DNA of 62,968 nucleotides, counting the filler, from Octopus bimaculoides (taxonomy: Eukaryota), in the NCBI RefSeq assembly GCF_001194135.2. It is 6 parts of 6 records of this genome, joined end to end, with 100 filler letters (N's around TTAATTAATTAA, not from the genome) between each part and the next. Parts side by side here need not be neighbours in the genome. Positions count along the whole stretch, not along the records: positions 17,353 to 31,142 come from NC_068987.1; positions 31,243 to 40,331 come from NC_069010.1; positions 40,432 to 47,933 come from NC_068993.1; 3 more parts are not named here. The stretch is one strand, 5' to 3'. The translations under genes and the position numbers were made by a program. The notes beneath the pieces are model-generated. The model made no database searches, was not told the origin of the DNA, and saw only the letters and a program-made list of their open reading frames with translations. This document shows positions 29,333 through 41,075 of this stretch, piece by piece (position 1 is the stretch's first letter; each line of letters opens with the position of its first letter).

Positions 29333-29949
29333 TTATCTATCCATCTATTTATTTATCTATTTATCTACATATATTGTACCTGTGTGTAGGTGTACGTGTG
29401 TGTAGTGGTGGAGTGCTTGTCCAGTTTCTATTTCCAATTCGTGTTGTTCATTTTTTATACCCAAATTCTGTTTCACAGAATTATTGGTCCCCTAATTAAA
29501 GAGTTAGCATACATGAATCTGGATTAGTCCAAGCATTAATCTACCGTTCATCTATCATGCACTTATAAAAGCGCTTTCTCGCTCATCTGATATTAGATAT
29601 ATGTATGTGCATATATGTAGAAGCACGCTTACTTTTCTTGAAACCACATCACCATTTCTTTAGAGAAATAGATGAAATTTACTAAATATTACACCGAGGT
29701 CCAGATACATCCCAGAATTATGAATGGAAACCTATGTTTCGTGATGGTACAAGTCATGTTAGCGGTAATTTTGGTGGTAGAGTGTGGCCCTAACAGTGAT
29801 GCTAATGGTAAAAGTGGTATTGGTAGTGGTTTTAGGTGGTGGTGATGGTATTGGCATATCAGTATTGGCGTAAATAGTGTGGGTGACAGTGTTGGCTGCT
29901 TTGTTTGCTGATAGGGATTATTGTGGTGTTGGCAGCAAGAGCAGCAGCG

Positions 29950-30022
<73 letters not shown>

Positions 30023-32078
30023 ATGTGGCAGTGGTGACAGGAGTATTATAAGTGTGAAAGTAGAAGGAGTGGTTGTGGCGTTAGTGTAAGTGGTGAAGGT
30101 TTAATGATGGTAGTACTGATGAAAAATACTGGTGTTTGTAATGGTAGTTGGCAATGTGTTGCTGGTAGTGGCGATAGTAGTGATAGCAGGATAGCGATAG
30201 TGTTTGTGATAGTGGTGGTCGTGGTTCCAGTAGAAATGGAGGTGACTATAGTAACAATAGTTGTGATAGTGGTTGTGATAGTGGTGGTGGTAGTGGTGGT
30301 AGTGATGGCGGTGATGATGGTATTGGTGATGGTGGTGGTGACAGTGGCGGTAAAAGTGGAGAATGATGATATAGAAATTATGATGTTCGTAACAAAGAAG
30401 ACCCCGGAGGCGTTGGTTTGTACAGCTTGTTTGAACACTGAAACTATTTTTTTAACCGTCCTAATATATCGAGGAAGCAATTCTCCTCATAACACACATA
30501 TATTTCTTCCATTCCCTATACACCGCTCTCTATTTTTATACCATTCTATTCCTCTCTTCATCACTCTCTATCGTGCAATCTTCAGTCGCTTCTAACCTTC
30601 ATCACTTTATATCCCGCTATATATCTCTCTATATTCTCTCCCTATTATCCTCCATTTATCTACTATGGTCTCTCTCTCTCNNNNNNNNNNNNNNNNNNNN
30701 NNNNNNNNNNNNNNNNNNNNNNNNNNNNNNNNNNNNNNNNNNNNNNNNNNNNNNNNNNNNNNNNNNNNNNNNNNNNNNNNNNNNNNNNNNNNNNNNNNNN
30801 NNNNNNNNNNNNNNNNNNNNNNNNNNNNNNNNNNNNNNNNNNNNNNNNNNNNNNNNNNNNNNNNNNNNNNNNNNNNNNNNNNNNNNCAGAAAGACAGACA
30901 GAAAGAGAGGGAGGAAAAGAGGGACAGAGAGAAGGAGACAGAGCATGCACGTCACAATGTAGAACGTATAAGAGAAAGAAGTGTTCGAATAAGTATGTAT
31001 TTCATATATGTATGTTGCTCTCACTCTAAAGATCCAACTTCACATATGTACGATATACATACGTATACGTATGAGTGTGTGCGCGTGTATTGTGTGCCGG
31101 CATATACATATGTATATATGTATATACATATATATATATATANNNNNNNNNNNNNNNNNNNNNNNNNNNNNNNNNNNNNNNNNNNNTTAATTAATTAANN
31201 NNNNNNNNNNNNNNNNNNNNNNNNNNNNNNNNNNNNNNNNNNGTAGCCCCTTGTGGGCAGCAAAGAAATAACACACATACACATACACACACTCGTACAC
31301 ATATACACAGACACACGTACACACACTCGTACACACAATAAAGAGTGTCTCTATAAAGTCACAAGAGCAGCTAGAAATAGTAGCCAATTCTCTCTCAAAT
31401 TGCACAATTTGTTGGCTTAATGGAGTAAATGTCATTTCAGACCGATACAGTATGGAATGTAGTAAGAGACAGGATGGACATGGATGGATAGTCATATACC
31501 TGAGAGTTGGACACATAACATACAGGGCACACTACTACCACCACCACTACTACAGCTACTGCTTCCACCACCACTCTACTACTACTACTAGTTCTAACAC
31601 CACCATGTACACACTAACATACATGTATGTATATATACATATATATATATATAAAAACAAATAGTAAATGCAAATATATTTGTATTAGATCAATGGATAT
31701 TCAAAGAATTTATTAGAATTTTTAGGTACATTTTGGACTTACCATTTTGGTATTAACACTTTAATATATTTTGGCTCTGAAGATAGGGTTTTGCTGAAGT
31801 CGATGTCGGCTGGTGAAGTAATAATGATGAAACATGGTTAGGGAAAAATTAGTGGTTAATGGATTTCATTCTCTTGACAAAGTAAGTAAGCATAGAGGAT
31901 TGTGATTCTAAATTTCGGTATTGGTACCATGAACAAAACAACTGATATTAAGCGAGCTAAAAGATAAATCATTTAGAAACTACTATTAGGAGATGACTAA
32001 CTGAGCTGTTTCAATTACAGAAAGATAATGTTTTATGAAACTAGTCTTAGTTGGGGAACTCAGTTTCAGTCTGTCAAT

Positions 32079-32106
32079 GGTTAGGGTTAGGGTTAGGGTT
32101 AGGGTT
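32079..32106 (+). repeat. Interstitial (TTAGGG)4 tract
   Basis: GGTTAGGGTTAGGGTTAGGGTTAGGGTT. Confidence 0.9.
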
Positions 32107-32387
32107 AAAAGTATTTTATTGACTATGGTCTACTATTGTCATAGGAAGTGGGATAACTATAGTTTAACCATGTTTTCAAATAATTTCTCTTGCTTTCTGT
32201 AATTTTGTTTCTCTTGCCAATACTGCCTGACTGGNNNNNNNNNNNNNNNNNNNNNNNNNNNNNNNNNNNNNNNNNNNNNNNNNNNNNNNNNNNNNNNNNN
32301 NNNNNNNNNNNNNNNNNNNNNNNNNNNNNNNNNNATTCAAGGTATCTCATAGGACTGTACCTCCACATGGTACCTCTTTACAGCAAA

Positions 32388-32610
32388 GTGTTTGTCCCCA
32401 CCATGACTACTACTTGACAATTGATGTTGGTATGTTAACATCTTCCTGACTTAGTGGTTTAGCAAAAAAGAATGACAGAATAAGTACCAGACTTGAAAAA
32501 AAAATAAGTATTGGATTAATTCATTTAGCAAAAACTGTCCTGATGGCAGTGCTCCATCATGGCCACAGACTGAAACAGACTGAAACAAGCAAATAATAAA
32601 AGATATAAAT
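32388..32610 (+). mobile_element. Degenerate SINE family D, 3' part
   Basis: GTGTTTGTCCCC...AGAATAAGTACCAG...GTGCTCCATCATGGCCACAG..GACTGAAACAAG. Confidence 0.7.
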
Positions 32611-34076
32611 ATTTCAAATAAATATATAAAACAAAGATGAATTCAATAGTCTGGGATATTATTCTTTAAGAAGACACATAGGGCTTTGGTAAAAATTAAT
32701 TATGTCTCTTGACTGGATATAAACGAAGGACATGGCAGTAAAAAACTGGAAGCAAACACAACACCACATTGAGCATTACTATCACCGCTTGGTCTTTGGT
32801 TATTCTCTACTAAAGTTCTTTCCATCTCTAATATTCGGAGCAGAATCTTTCCCTCTTCCCCCCCTGCTCATATCTCACATCCTGACAATTGACCGGCAAG
32901 TGTTCAGGGTGGATATCATTTACATCAATCTTGATATTGTGAGAATGTAACCGGCAAAGCCATCGTTACCTCCCCTTCTTAATCTAATTAATAAGAAATA
33001 ATTTCAAAATAATAAATACACGCAATTCATTCAATCAAGTCTCGCACTGAAAAATAATAATGAGGGTTTTTTTCATTTCCTTTAGGGTCCAGCCCTTCTT
33101 TCTTTCTCTTATTCTACCAGTACAGGGTCTAGGCGCATGTTGACTCTACTAAATCAATGCCAAGGGGCCCAGTAAACGTTTGTGCCCGAGGCCCCTTAAT
33201 ACTCTCTATTACTGCTACTACTACCACAACCACTACCACCACCATCACTACTACTGCTACTTCTACTACAATTAGTACAACTACTACTATTACCACCACT
33301 ACTACTAGTACTATTACGACCACCACTAATGCTATTGCTGCTACTACAACTACTACTACTACTGCTGCTGCTATGTGAAAAGACCCTTTGAGTATGGGAA
33401 CAGCAATTATGTCTTTGTTTTTGTTGTTTCTTTTTTATAAATTCCAAGCAAGACAAAAACCAAAAGTGAAGAAATAATTTCATCAACATAAGATGTCAAA
33501 CTCTTTGAGCTTCTTTTTATTTTTCAGAAAAACTAGAAAATTCTAATTCCTTCTCTTGCAAATGCATCTTACAAAAAAAAAATATAATAAATAATAGTAA
33601 GAAACGCATAATTTATGCAAATTTTAAGACACTTTTAAAGAAGGAATATCTATAAGACATTTATGTTAGTCTAAATGTTTGTTACTATCATTATCATCAT
33701 CATTATCATATTATTATTATTTCGAGGTGTTGCCCCAGCATGGCACAGTCAAAATGACTGAAATATGTAAGAGAGTAAAAGCATCTGGCTTTGGGTTACT
33801 GCCCTTGTTAGAAAGTAGTTCAGGTTCCTGCCTGCAGGAGTCACTTCAAACAATTGGGGAGTGTGCCAGAGGGACCACTGCTCAGCAGGGTTGGTCAATA
33901 ACGGGAAGGAAAATAAAACAGGGCAAAAGAAACTGATTGGCTGATGAGATCACATGATAACAGAAACAGTTATACAGAAAATGATGGACAATGACACATA
34001 GAGCATTACAATTCTGAAATGAATGACAGAGATCGAAGGGAAAATTAAATATACACACATGTGTATGTATGTATAT

Positions 34077-34113
<37 letters not shown>

Positions 34114-34135
34114 NNNNNNNNNNAATAGAGAAAGT

Positions 34136-34171
34136 CTTTAACGTTTCGAGCCTACGCTCTTCAGCAGAAAG
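34136..34171 (-). ncRNA. Minimal type I hammerhead-like motif (A6 variant) inside a PLE-type terminal repeat (~34124-34245)
   Basis: Minus strand: CTTT-CTGCTGA-A-GAGC[GTAG]GCTC-GAAAC-GTT-AAAG. Stem I CTTT/AAAG, stem II 4 bp, palindromic AACGTT stem III. Flanks match 47660-47790. Confidence 0.6.
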
Positions 34172-34244
34172 GAACACAGAAAGAAACAAGGTGAGTAACA
34201 AGGAGAAAAAAAATATATGTGTAGTGGCCAGCGATCTATCATGG

Positions 34245-34286
<42 letters not shown>

Positions 34287-34537
34287 CATATATACATGTG
34301 CATGTGTGTGAGGTTAAATTTGTTTAAAAGCCAGTTTTGAACAATTTTAACTTGACATTATGCAGCAGCCTTTTCTAGTGAATTTAACAATACAAACTTA
34401 CACACAAACAGACATTAATAAATAAATAGGTACAGACATACAGACAGACATAGAAACAAAGATAGATTAATTAAATCTACTACACATACAACCCAACAAA
34501 TCAATCTCTGCTCTTGTAGTAAAGTTTAAAACCCATG

Positions 34538-34568
<31 letters not shown>

Positions 34569-34792
34569 AGTTAAAACATTTTTAATTAAAAGTAAAAAAC
34601 ATAATTTTCATTATTATCACCATTATTACTAAAAATTCTTAAGTAAAAGTAAACCATTGTCATTATTATTATTATTATTATTATTAAAAATCAATTTTAA
34701 TTAAACAAGTCATTATTATAATTACTACGATTGCTGTCATTACTATTATAAATTTTTTTTTTTTTTTTAATGAGTAAAAGAAATCAACATCG

Positions 34793-34881
<89 letters not shown>

Positions 34882-35978
34882 CAGCCTGTTGGTATTTAGC
34901 TTAGTATCTCTTATAAGTTGCATTTGTGTTTGTGCGTGTGTGATGGGGTAGAATGTCAATTAAAACATACCGGGAATATAATTGGGGTTAAGATTCAGAT
35001 CAGTTCAGGACCACACAGATTAAATTACAAAAATTGTTTAGCTATTCCTTTTGGGGGGGGGGGATATGAGGGAAGGGGGGGAAAAAAATGAAAATATATG
35101 GCCCAAGGGAGAGAAGTTATGCATCTCGGTTAACGAACAATTAAAGACAGAGGAAGAAAAAAAAAACTAAAGAAATTCAAAAAAAAAAGAAGAAAAAATG
35201 AAAGAAAGAAAAAGAAGGTAAAAAATGGCAAAGAAATTGTTTTACCAAAATGTGAAATCATAGTTTTAGGGTTGAATCTGGGTTGCTTTAGAGAAAACCA
35301 GTTCTTACAGTCACAGAACAACCACGACACAGATTGAAGTCTTGTTACATTTCTGGGCCAAGGAATTCATTGATGTTGTTGTTATTTTCCTTCTTGGTGT
35401 TCTTGTTGTTGCTGTTGTCATCATGATTTCTTGTTGTTGTTATTCTCGTTGTTATAGTTCTTATTCATTTTTAGTTTCAGATGAGGTCTGACTGAACAAA
35501 TCATGAACCGCTCTGTTTTAATTTCTTGTCTGAGCATATCTTGGATTACATTATCCATTGTTCTGTAGTTTTTTTTTGTTGTCTTTTTTTCTAAGGTTTC
35601 ACGAGATTTCACAAAAAAGTTCAGCTGGTATTTTTAACAGAACCAAGAGTCCACTTACAGAGTCCCTTGACTCATACAAGAGGAGGCAGCCATTGGTATT
35701 ATATGATCTAAAAGTTCTCCTTCTTTCATGGCTTGGACTGCAAAAAGCTGTGGTACATTTTACCCACCACAAATCCTACAGGACAAGTGAGATCAGCACA
35801 ATAGTTAATTAATGATTCTCTTAAATAGTTGAAGATCAAGGCTGCTCTACAAACACATAGACACACATAGATATATGATCACAAAATGGCCACCTCATTG
35901 ACCAAAGTGTAAGTTAGAGGGATATTCAGACAGCATTAATGCACATCCGTTTTTGAATTACAGCTGATATGTGTAGGA

Positions 35979-36032
<54 letters not shown>

Positions 36033-36345
36033 CTATGTATGTGTATGTGCTTGTGTGTGTATATATATATATGTATACACATACATACACACATATAATA
36101 TAAATAATTTGGTTTTGGTGTGTGTGTGTATATATACGACAAGGTAATTCAATCAAATATTGTTCAATAAATATATTTTAAAAAATTGTTTGAAATATTA
36201 CTTTTGTTTTGAATTTTTTTTTGTTTTTTTTTTGTCCATTTAACAAGTTGTAGCTTTGAAGTTCATTGAAGCTTTGAAGACAAATGAGCTTCAGATAGTG
36301 TGAGGTAAAAAAAAAAAAACAGAGACAGATTTACCTGTCTTAACA

Positions 36346-37620
36346 CTAATTTGATGTGTATACAGCGTCCCAGGTAAATACTTGGCTATCTTTCTTTCGG
36401 TAAACCTCTTCAATGGGTTTTCTTACTCCTGTACGCATGTAAGATGTTTCAAGGGGTTTCGCATGACAAGGTGTGAAGGTCCTATCACTGTTCTTTTTTG
36501 AGATAGACTCTTTGGTGTTTGATTCCAAATCAAAAAGTTCTTGTAAAAATGTCCAGTTTCCTGGTTTGCGACTCTTTGCCATGGAGTTAGCTTTCGAGGT
36601 TGATTCCATTATCTCCATTTGGCTATTCACCAAGTTGTTTTCCTTTGTGTTGAGGCAATCCTCCACACTGTGACCTTTGCGAGCTTTACCAAACAATGGG
36701 TCACTGTGTAAATAATCAGGTTTAAAACGGATGGGCTTCTCTTGAAAATAGCCGTCATGAGATTTCTTTAAGAGGTTGTTTCGCAATAAAATATATTCTT
36801 CATTTTCAGTGTCAGACAATTTGCTGGCTTTCAATACATCGAGATCAAAATAGTCTTCCAAACTTCGGATTTCATTTTCTGAATCTCCATCCCGGTTATG
36901 TGCGATTGCTCTCAAAAACTTCATGCCTTTCATGTTGTTGAGATCTTCTAGGCTCTCTTCATTCGTTATATCAGTGTGCGTTAGGTAGACTTTGACATTG
37001 TAGATTTCTGAAAATATCATATCAAGCTGTGCTCTGATGGATGACATGTGCGACTCTGTTGCATGCTGATATTTATTGAAATCATCTATCGTTATCAAAG
37101 ACCCAGAATTATATATCTCATCAGAGTTTTCACTGTTGCTTTTCTGCCAACTTTGATCCGACCCATACGATCCTCTCAGCATACTTTTCACTCTTCCAGA
37201 AGGCTCACGCTTGATATAAAACTGTTTCTCCGATATGAAGCAAACGTCCCACAGTTCCTTCATGGTGTTCTGTATAAGGAAGCTATCTTTCAAAGTGTTA
37301 CAACGAAGCAAAATGACAGCGAATTTATCCTCTTCATCTTCATCGATGATGCACAACAGATGTTCTGGTTTAGACTTCTTTGATGCGATTGAGTAAATCT
37401 TATGCAACAGAACTCCATTCTCCAACCCTGTGCTGTAGTTGCCTGTTTTTGCAAACAGAAACAATCCCGAAGGAGACAACTGCAGTTGACAGATTTTATC
37501 TGTAATTTTTTCCTCTTGTATTTGAATCTCTTTCAGGAAAATATCGTTTAGAGTAACAGAGCGCCATATTCCAATCAAGTAGACTTGCCGCTCGACAGCC
37601 AGAGGACGGTATTCCGGCAT
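36346..37620 (-). CDS. Uncharacterised 424-aa protein with a probable PTB/PH-like N-terminal domain (~aa 1-125) and a polar, probably disordered C-terminal region; single coding exon
   Basis: An uninterrupted 1275-nt complex ORF in a window where everything else is decayed. In-frame TGA a few codons upstream of the ATG. The N-terminal pattern LQLSPSGLFLF...IYSIA...LLCII..FAVILLRC...IQNTMKELW resembles a PTB fold (by eye). Confidence 0.85.
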   Translation of the reverse strand: MPEYRPLAVERQVYLIGIWRSVTLNDIFLKEIQIQEEKITDKICQLQLSPSGLFLFAKTGNYSTGLENGVLLHKIYSIASKKSKPEHLLCIIDEDEEDKFAVILLRCNTLKDSFLIQNTMKELWDVCFISEKQFYIKREPSGRVKSMLRGSYGSDQSWQKSNSENSDEIYNSGSLITIDDFNKYQHATESHMSSIRAQLDMIFSEIYNVKVYLTHTDITNEESLEDLNNMKGMKFLRAIAHNRDGDSENEIRSLEDYFDLDVLKASKLSDTENEEYILLRNNLLKKSHDGYFQEKPIRFKPDYLHSDPLFGKARKGHSVEDCLNTKENNLVNSQMEIMESTSKANSMAKSRKPGNWTFLQELFDLESNTKESISKKNSDRTFTPCHAKPLETSYMRTGVRKPIEEVYRKKDSQVFTWDAVYTSN

Positions 37621-37654
37621 CTTCCAAGTTGTGTCTGCTGGTGAAGTTCACAAA

Positions 37655-37695
37655 CAAACTGTAGTGCAATGAAAGCGTTTTCTACCTTTATATAG
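37655..37695 (-). promoter_or_regulatory. Candidate TATA box and initiator of the 424-aa gene
   Basis: Minus-strand TATATAAAG at 37694-37686, with Inr-like TCATTG (about 37670) and ACAGTT (about 37660) downstream, 40-50 nt before the ATG. Confidence 0.4.
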
Positions 37696-37843
37696 CTTCG
37701 CTGGCCAACGTGATTAACGAATAAATTAATGAACCAGCCAACAAACCAGCCAACATCCGCTTACTGTTACACGTGATTTAAAAATAGGAAAAAGCGGAAT
37801 CAAAAACCAGTTCATTTTTGTGCACGTTTCTGAAAAAGTTCCC

Positions 37844-37910
37844 ATGAAGTCTATTTTAAGGAAGCAGCATGGGAATTCTTTTGTTACTATATCAGGAAAT
37901 AGATTCACAG
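37844..37910 (+). CDS. Probable first (or internal) exon of a plus-strand gene, MKSILRKQHGNSFVTISGNRFT + phase-1 intron
   Basis: Strong donor CAG|GTAAGG at 37910/37911, followed by T-rich and microsatellite intron-like sequence. No downstream exon could be confirmed. Confidence 0.4.
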
Positions 37911-37945
37911 GTAAGGCATTTTTTTTCTATATTATACTGTTAATG

Positions 37946-38004
<59 letters not shown>

Positions 38005-38218
38005 AATACTGCCCACATCCTTAGAAAAACCCTATCTTTTTAAATGTGTGTGTTGTATTACATGAAGATATTTCACTACTGCCCCTGCCACTTCCCCTCC
38101 CCAAGCTTTCAGCCATACTATAACATCTCTTATCCTTCATTCACCCCAGGGCACTGGGTGTGTCTTGGCAAGTGACTGTAGCAAACATGCAGATTAAAAG
38201 TAGATAATAATAATAATA

Positions 38219-38430
38219 ATGGTTTCAAATTTTGGCACAAGAGGGGGGGGGGTGTAAGTCGATTTACATCAACCCCAGTACATAACTGGTACCTATTTCA
38301 TTGAGCCTGAAAGGATGAAAAGCACAGTCCACCTTGGTGCCATTTGAACTCAGAATGTTAAAGACAGATAAAAAAAAGCCAGTAAGAATTTTGTTTGGTA
38401 TGTTTAATGGCTGTTGCCAGCCTGCTACTT
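38219..38430 (-). mobile_element. Degenerate SINE family A copy
   Basis: TGGTTTCAAATTTTGGCACAAG...AACCCCAGTAC..AACTGGTAC...TTTGAACTCAGAATG...TGCCAGC. Confidence 0.75.
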
Positions 38431-38596
38431 CAATAATGCTAATAATTGTTGTTGTGATGGTGGGGAAATATACACAGACATGAAAGAAGTAAATAGACAC
38501 CCTTATAATCATTAAAATTTATTTAAATCTGAAATTATACATTCAAATCTTAAAATTATACATTCAAATTATTTAATAATTGTTTTAATGTGAACA

Positions 38597-38906
38597 TTTA
38601 ATATTTAGTAGATATGCCCCCTTTTTATTTTTCAATGCAAGGACCCTATTAGGCATGTTACTGATCATCAGATGAATATTCTCTTGTGGAATTCCTTGCG
38701 GGGTTTCATGCAATAACCTCAAAAGATCTGGTTTTAAAGATGCTTTCTTATTCTGTTTACAAAATGTTCTGTCCATTATGCCCCAGAGGTGTTCAACAGG
38801 GTTCATATCCGGTGATTGGTTTGGTTATGGAAGCTTTCTAATACCATTCTTTTCCAACAAATCTTGGCTCATTTTAACCGTGTGACAAGGAGGGAAAAGC
38901 CCCATC
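38597..38906 (-). mobile_element. Tc1-type transposase C-terminal remnant (DD34E-like)
   Basis: Minus strand DGA..PCHTVK...KLP*PNQSPDMNPVEHLWGIMD...MPNRVLAL..KGG; stops and frameshifts. Confidence 0.75.
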
Positions 38907-39914
38907 AGCAATCCCCACCATACTTCTTCTTTTACCATAGCTACGAAACAAAGAAAACGTGTCTGCCCTTCCTTTCCAAAAGTATACAGTGGAGTGATCT
39001 TCACGTTGGACTTGGCCGTCAGCTCACCTGGTCAAACACGTGATTATTATAATGGTAATAACGATAATGACAAAAGTAACAACTTATAAATAACACCCCC
39101 ACCCCACAACAATAGAAGAAAATAACGGTTAATACCACCGCCACCACAACCACTGCCGCTGCCACCTCTACTATTATATTTTTTAAGTAGACATTATTTC
39201 ATTGTGTGAATGGTTTTATTGTCTATTGAAGATCAACAACATGTGTGGGAATTTCCAAAATTAACCTTAAATATTTATACAAGATTTTACACGTTTTCTT
39301 CAGATACAATGGCAACGCTACAATTATGTAAATGTGTGTATGTATATATACATACACACATGCATACACACACACACACACACACGTGTGCACATAAATA
39401 TGTATATGTATGTATATACATGATTTCATAGATAGGAGCATGGCACCGTCCTCCGACTCAACAAATCCTTTCAAAACATACAACCAATGTCTGCATGGAA
39501 GAAAGGCATTTAATTGGTGAAAATGTTATAAAGATAATATTCATATTTTGCATGCATGCATGCACACACACATTTAGAAAAGTGTGTGCTGCCATTGTGA
39601 ACTGATATACTAGACGTTAGTGTATCGGTTTTTAACATTGAACACTCTTGTAACTTGAATATTTCAATGTTAAAAGCTATTTCAAGTATAGTTATACACT
39701 TTGCACATACATAGATACGGACAGACGGGCAGACGGGCGGATGGGCAGACAGGTGGATGGGCAGACAGGTGGATGGATGGACAGGTAGACGGTGCTCCAG
39801 CATGGCAACAGTCAAATGACTGAAACAAGTAAAACAATAAAAAAACTATGCCATTTTAATACCAAGCAATGCCAAGTATCTCTGCTAATATATATGTATA
39901 TGTATATATTTAAT

Positions 39915-40137
39915 GTATAATTATAAACATTTAATTATAATAAAAGGTCCTGGAGGAACAGTGCCTGTATGCTAGAAATAGATATCAAATGACCACAAAC
40001 CACTTAAGTTATTACTCTGTTTAACACAAAAACAGAGTAATAACTTAAGTGGTTTGTGGGCATTTGATATCCATTTCTAGCATACAGGCGCTGTTCCTCC
40101 ACAACCCTTTATTATAATTATATGTTTATAATTATAC
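39915..40137. mobile_element. Foldback/MITE-like long palindrome
   Basis: 108-bp arms (39915-40022, 40030-40137) with about 7 mismatches and a 7-nt spacer AACACAA. Confidence 0.9.
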
Positions 40138-40889
40138 TTTATATTACCTATATGATCTTTTTTGTACACTGGCTACTGATAGATGATTAATTAATGACTT
40201 TATGCTAGATGTGTTGAAACAATTGTTGTGATTAATAATAAATTCTCATATTTTCCATCTTCTGTCTTTCATTTGCTCAGTGTGTGTGCTTGTGTATACA
40301 AATAAGCTTGTTCTAAAATCTCTGTAAGAGANNNNNNNNNNNNNNNNNNNNNNNNNNNNNNNNNNNNNNNNNNNNTTAATTAATTAANNNNNNNNNNNNN
40401 NNNNNNNNNNNNNNNNNNNNNNNNNNNNNNNTATATATATATATATATATATATATTTGAGGTTTATTACATTAGAGGAGCAGTGTAACTGGAATGCTGG
40501 TGTGGTGTAATAGTGTATATGTCTGAGCATGTTTTAATAGGATGGGCAGCAAAAAGAGAGTTTATACATGCATACATACATACACACATATTCGCACATA
40601 CATTTAGAAACAAGACTGTGTTTGATTTCAATATTCTTTCTCAAAGTTTTTTCCCTTCCTATTTCCTTATTTGTTCTTTATTTTTTTACTTCGAAACGTT
40701 TCTAAGCTCATTAACGACTCGAGACCTCCCTCAGACTCGTCTTCTGAATGAAGTGATGATTGCAGCGAATTGTGAACGCGTTTTGCAGTAGATAAGTAAG
40801 AAGCGATCAAAGGAATAATGTTCTAAACTGATAAAATCCTCATTGCTACTGTATCTGTCAACAGTCACTCTGTGGCTTAAGGATGTGTC

Positions 40890-41050
40890 ATATTTTTATC
40901 TTTTATCTATTACTAGTTTCAGTCATTGGACAGCAGCCATGTTGGGGCACGGTTTTGAAGGGTTTTAGTCGAACAAATCGGTTTAATTTTTAAGTCTGGT
41001 ACTTATTCTATTCGTCCCGTTTGCCGTGAGGAGGATACAAACGGACGTAC
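40890..41050 (-). mobile_element. Degenerate SINE family D, 3' part
   Basis: TTTCAGTCATTGGACAGCAGCCATGTTGGGGCAC...GGTACTTATTCTAT. Confidence 0.65.
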
Positions 41051-41075
41051 ATATATTCATACATACATACATATA

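Noticed and set aside
33940-33975. CTGATGA...GAAAC motif (similar spurious cases at about 41225-41245, 47335-47352 and 27765-27785)
   Set aside because: No stem II closure, or no cleavage triplet and stem I; expected by chance in AT-rich DNA.
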